Shown here one piece after another: positions 59,283-64,000 of a DNA stretch of 64,000 bases. Both the position numbers and the translations under genes were made by a program. The DNA lies in the NCBI GenBank assembly GCA_002633005.1, contig NMRA01000471.1:244386-308385 (forward strand), read 5' to 3'. The stretch comes from Phoronis australis. Lineage: Eukaryota; Animalia; Phoronida. Below the pieces are notes generated by a model. The model saw only the letters and a program-made list of their open reading frames with translations. It had not been told where the DNA came from and did no database searches. The stretch's first letter is position 1. Every line of letters begins with the position of its first letter.

Positions 59283-60970
59283 CAGGTGGTATGACGTCAC
59301 CGTCTCTACTGGCCGGCAAGAGATGGTGGTCACTGTCTAAAGCCCAAACTGATGCTCATGCCCAACTGCAATTTGGCGCTGGTATTACGAGCCAAACTGA
59401 GGCTACCACAAGTTCCAAAATTACTGCCAATGGTTCATAGACGTTTTTCAGAACCTGAGAAACTACTACGCACGACTCCGCACACATTGCCGTCAACTTC
59501 AGTTCTGATAATTGTTAAAAAACCTATTAATTAGTGGCAGTAACTTGGAAACGTACGGTAGCTTCAGTTTGGCGCAGGCATCAGTTTGGGCAGCAACAGA
59601 GCTATAACCCCTCTCAACCAATAACGTAGCGAGTTGAGCGTATTTAACCAATGAATTGAATAGTTTTATTATTTCAGTGAATACTAAAACAGAACGGATT
59701 TTGCTGTTTCATGAAGTTAATAACTTCAAGAAATCTATTTCCAAATCCTTTTTTGATTGTAAAACTGATTATGTTCAAACAGAGGCATGCCCACTGCATG
59801 GTCACCCACACACAGGCCACGGGTGGCGCTGTGACAGGGCACTTGACACTTGTTCGATGCTATGCTTGTTTTACTCTCATCCATCTACTTCAAAGGGGGC
59901 AGCATGGTCAACTTAACCGTGTTAGCAAATGATTTCGTAATCCAAAAGCCAGTCATGATTGAATTTGGGATGGAGAGTAGCGATACCCATTCCTAAGGGC
60001 TCTTCCATCTAGCCAGGTTTGTATTATGTGGGGGGAGGTTCCCTTAGGATAGCTTGGTTGGGTCTTCTCCCATAGGAAGGCATGGTACACTTGGTCTGCC
60101 AATCTCTTTGGTAACAATCTCCTTGGTAACAATAAAGCCAAGTGGAGGTTATCTGAGTGCACTATTCCCAACTGCTTTGTGTGAAACTATTTTCGATAAT
60201 CTCTCCTAGTCTTTTACAAGTAGTTTTAAATTACATCATCACCTAATTTTGTAATTCTGATTATCTGTAACTCTGTATTTTTATTTTCTGGTGGCTCCGT
60301 GGTCAGCGGACCCCTCGGGTCCTTCACAGAGTCTCCATAAGCGTAAATTTGTATTGATTGTTTATTACTTCTATTACTGTACTCTGCAAGCCACTATCTC
60401 CGAAAGCTGCAAATAACTGAGAAAAAATATGATGCAAATCGCTTGCATAGCCATAAAACCCAACAGAGTGAGTGTTAACCTGTCTGCGAATTTCGATCTT
60501 TTTGATGTTGTGTGATCCTTTAAATTTAGCATTATGTAATTACAATCGTTTAACTAACACAATTTACTTGAACACATGCTCAAAATGCCTGTATGTCAGT
60601 TTAGCAGCCCTAAAACATTGTGACTGCCTGGGGTTGGGAGGGAACTGACACCAATTTAAGTCAGTACTTTAGCAATAGACTCTAATTATGTTCCCTGATC
60701 TTGAGAACCAATCAATTTCTTCCAATGAACAATTGGCATTGTTGAGTGCTTGCCTTGCTCTCAAAATCAGGAACCACCACAAGTGACTATTGCGTACATT
60801 CCCTGGGTGTTCTTCCAAGATGGGTATTTTGCCCCCACCTGGACTTCTGACAAAGTGGGTATTTTGGTACCCATGACTGAAAATTTGAAAGTACAGTAAT
60901 ACCTACTGTGTGGAAAAGAACCGACGCCCCTCCCCTTGAGCATAGCCATCTAGGCACAGTTGATCTTGTA

Positions 60971-61086
60971 CAGGGGCGGAACCAGGATTTTGAGTTGGGG
61001 GGGGGGCAGGGCAGAGTATTAGCCAAGATTTTGAGAATTGTAGGGGGGGCTTTGGCCCCTTTGGCCCCTCTCTAAATCCGCTACTG
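60971..61086. mobile_element. hAT-like MITE with 5-bp TSD (same family, opposite orientation)
   Basis: TTGTA|caggggcggaacc ... aaatccgctactg|TTGTA. Confidence 0.8.
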
Positions 61087-61610
61087 TTGTATGTCATAAT
61101 GAAGATGCTATTGCATTATGGGTTTTTCAAGTCCCCAGTTATCCACTGAGTAACAAATGGTCNAAATCCGCTACTGTTGTATATCATAATGAAGGTGCAA
61201 TTGCGTTATGGGTTTTTCAAGTCCCCAGTTATCCACTGAGTAACAAATGGTCATATGGTTCTTCACCCTGGATTGTCTGATTTAAGAACCTTCCTTGTGG
61301 CATTCTATATAATGTTGGTTGGCATAGCAATGTAATCAAGGACACACCCCTCCTGTTCTTGAGGTACCTGGAATTTGTGAAATAGTCCTCATTTTACCAA
61401 ACTGACTGCTGAAAAATGAAATCCCACACTGTCTTTGGGAGAATGATATTGCCACCTGCACCCCGGTCTCCTTCAGTCGACCAGCTTTTGGATATAAGTG
61501 AACTTTGGATTTAGACTGGAATATAACTGGTCTTGACTTGTTCCTTCTTCTGGTGAGAAGTGCTTTGTGGACTCACAAACAACTGACAGTTATTGCTTGA
61601 GTTCATATTT

Positions 61611-61721
61611 AGTACATACAATGAGGTGATGAGACAAGCTAACTTGTAGAGCATATGGGTGTTTGAGTCCATGTTGAGTACATACAATGAGGTGATGTGA
61701 CAAGCTAACTTGTAGAGCATT
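61611..61721. repeat. 67-bp-period duplication
   Basis: agtacatacaatgaggtgatgWgacaagctaacttgtagagcat x2. Confidence 0.8.
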
Positions 61722-61851
61722 ATATGGTCTCAAGTTATAACAAACTTTTAGCTCTTTCAAAGCCATGAAATCTCCTCTAATTTGACTTACGACCAATTTG
61801 AGAACAATTTCACAATCATGTATGCGGTGTGAACTAAAACTGTGTTGAAAT

Positions 61852-62090
61852 TGCCTGTGTTGGCAGATATTTATAAAGTAGGATAACATAGACTAGATTG
61901 TTCATTTTAACTGCCTGTGTTGGCAGATATTTATAAAGTAGGATAACATAGACTAGATTGTTCATTTTAACTGCCTGTGTTGGCAGATATTTATAAAGTA
62001 GTATAACATAGACTAGATTGTTCATTTTAACTGCCTGTGTTGGCAGATATTTATAAAGTAGTATAACATAGACTAGATTGTTCATTTTAA
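61852..62090. repeat. 60-bp minisatellite, 4 copies
   Basis: Identical columns across consecutive 60-nt lines. Confidence 0.97.
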
Positions 62091-62899
62091 TTGAGAAATC
62101 TGGCAAAATAAAACACCACATATAGGCCATAGGATGGGTGAAGGATTACTGTGCACAGAAGTGCTATTTTTTAAATTACTCATTTTAAACATATAAATAA
62201 CAATAATTTATTGTTTAAGTAATAAGTGCACAATTTTTTGTTTAGCACCTTGGATTACTTCTAGCCCAGTACAAGGTTCTCATGTGTGGTGACATCCCTA
62301 GTTCTTTAGCCAGACAGTTGATGTCCTCAAGAGGTCATTTTAGCCATCAGTTTGCTCTCCATACATTTTGTGGCCATTTTAATGCAGGAATTATGGTTGA
62401 AGCATTATATCTATGTAATAAACTCAACGGTAAATAAACAAAGATGTTCTTCTCACTATGTCCATATACCATTTAAAGTTCTTGGCGGTCTAGTTACAAA
62501 ACTGAATGATAAAAAATCAACAATTTTGAACTAACTCAAGTGCATCAGTGTACCAAGAAAACTGACCATTTGTACTGCTCACATTACTGGCATTCTTGCT
62601 ATAAGGAGGTGTTGGTGAAAATGTCAGTAGTTTGAGCTGGCATATCCTAGAGCTAGTTAAGATATGAGAACACATTATATGGATTAGTTTGCTCAAGGTA
62701 TCAGTGTTTATAAGTGTTATACCTGCCCATCATTACTTTGTGTGTTGTTGATGGGCAATCAATCTCATCCCTTCATTCTGTTCTCTCCCACACTCTATAT
62801 ATTCCTTGATGACATAATACTTGTTGTTTGACTCTTAAGTCACTAAGTACAAGTCACATGGCAGTGGGTGCAAATGAGTTAAACACTTGCAGTATTGAT

Positions 62900-63021
62900 G
62901 TATCATGCTGGTGAAATGATATCCTGAGGGTCCCCATGGAAAGTAGCGAGAACTGAGGGGGCTATCCTCATTGTAAATATTACAATCATAAATAAATTAA
63001 ATAAATAAGTAAATAAATAAA
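62900..63021 (+). mobile_element. probable non-LTR retrotransposon 3' end with (TAAA)n tail
   Basis: GC-richer stem-like tgaggg...cctca segment followed by taaataaattaaataaataagtaaataaataaa. Confidence 0.4.
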
Positions 63022-63581
63022 ACAAATTGGTATCTAAACTACTCTTAATTCTCCACTTATTAGGTGCAAATATAATCGTCAAATTTGTCGTTTTCCCGTG
63101 TTAAAAGGCTAATTTATTTTCTGCAGATAACGGAAAATTTTCGAAAATTGTTTTATGAAACCTACACGGTACAAACCATCATGGCAGTGACTTGTTAACT
63201 GATAATGTCAGTCTAGGAACCAGTATTGGTTCTTAGTGTCAGCTGACCAGGCACAGGCATGAACCTGGATGAATGTTGAAATTTATTTTTGTATCCTGCA
63301 AGTGACCTTCATGTCCTGGTGAAATTTCTTGTAGAGTATTCATCCTTGGTGCTCATTACTTTGGGTAATCTTACATCATATTTATGACGTAATCTCTCAC
63401 TTAGGTAAATATTACATACAACATATTGGGTTACATTCACACCTGGTTGGCTTCACCTATTTATGACTTGTGATAAGTCAAGTGCAACCTTTACATTCTT
63501 GGTTGAGTCGGTCAGAGTTCACAGACCTGCTGATTTCTGTTACTATATTTTGTGTCAATCTCTAAATGACTGTCAAGGTCT

Positions 63582-63718
63582 CTATTTATTATCATCCTTG
63601 TTTCTGTTTTTACTGTCCTGCTTACTGTCGTCATGGCCACCTTCACTGCCGTCATGGCCACCTTCACTGGCCCCATCGTTTTCATCGTTGCCATGGTCAA
63701 GTTTATCTTTCAGTTTTA
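63582..63718 (-). CDS. probable terminal coding exon of an unidentified gene continuing beyond the window (KLKDKLDHGNDENDGASEGGHDGSEGGHDDSKQDSKNRNKDDNK*)
   Basis: atttcatacag| acceptor, 44 open codons of acidic, G/H-rich tail, TAG stop; no family recognisable. Confidence 0.45.
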
Positions 63719-63904
63719 CTGTATGAAATTCTCTTGGGTGCTTTCATATAATGTAAAATTTATTGAGTTAATATTTACTTTTGATAACCTAAAATGACAC
63801 TGGCTTCTGTTCAGCTACGTGGAACAATAGATACTGATCGCTTAACCTTGCAAAACTGGTTTTGAAATTTTCCTTACAGTGTTGAGGCTGTTTCCATTAC
63901 CACA

Positions 63905-63964
63905 ATGAACATAGCGAGAAATTATGAACGTAGCGAGAAATTATGAACATAGCGAGAAATTATG
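63905..63964. repeat. 19-bp minisatellite, about 3 copies
   Basis: atgaacatagcgagaaatt repeated. Confidence 0.9.
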
Positions 63965-64000
63965 GACGAAAACACTACAGTCATCGGACTAAACAGCTTT

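Noticed and set aside
61074-61252. 89-bp direct duplication separated by a single N
   Set aside because: Typical scaffolding artefact: overlapping contig ends, probably two alleles, joined by N.
61250-61590. Coding-like composition on the - strand
   Set aside because: Stops in all frames and no recognisable motif.
63582-63718. Assigning the His/Asp/Gly-rich tail to a metal transporter
   Set aside because: Low-complexity and too short to name a family.

Overview
AT-rich, intron-rich animal (invertebrate, probably lophotrochozoan-like) genomic DNA, not prokaryotic. It holds two convergent multi-exon genes. The first is a FAM135-family gene on the + strand: 18 coding exons traced from 7408 to 26724, all GT-AG and phase-consistent, with the first coding exon not found in the window. 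The second is a stathmin-family gene on the - strand: 5 coding exons from 42891 to 30880 (184 aa), probable 5'UTR exons and a promoter near 55.4 kb. A probable last exon of a third (- strand) gene lies near 63.6 kb. Introns and intergenic DNA carry non-autonomous DNA transposons (Harbinger-like with CWG TSD, Kolobok-like with TTAA TSD, hAT-like with 5-bp TSD), two THAP-domain remnants, a tRNA-like SINE and many minisatellites. The most unusual pattern is that many duplications and minisatellites are seeded exactly on exon-intron junctions and multiply the splice sites. All alignments and translations were done by eye; no database searches were run.
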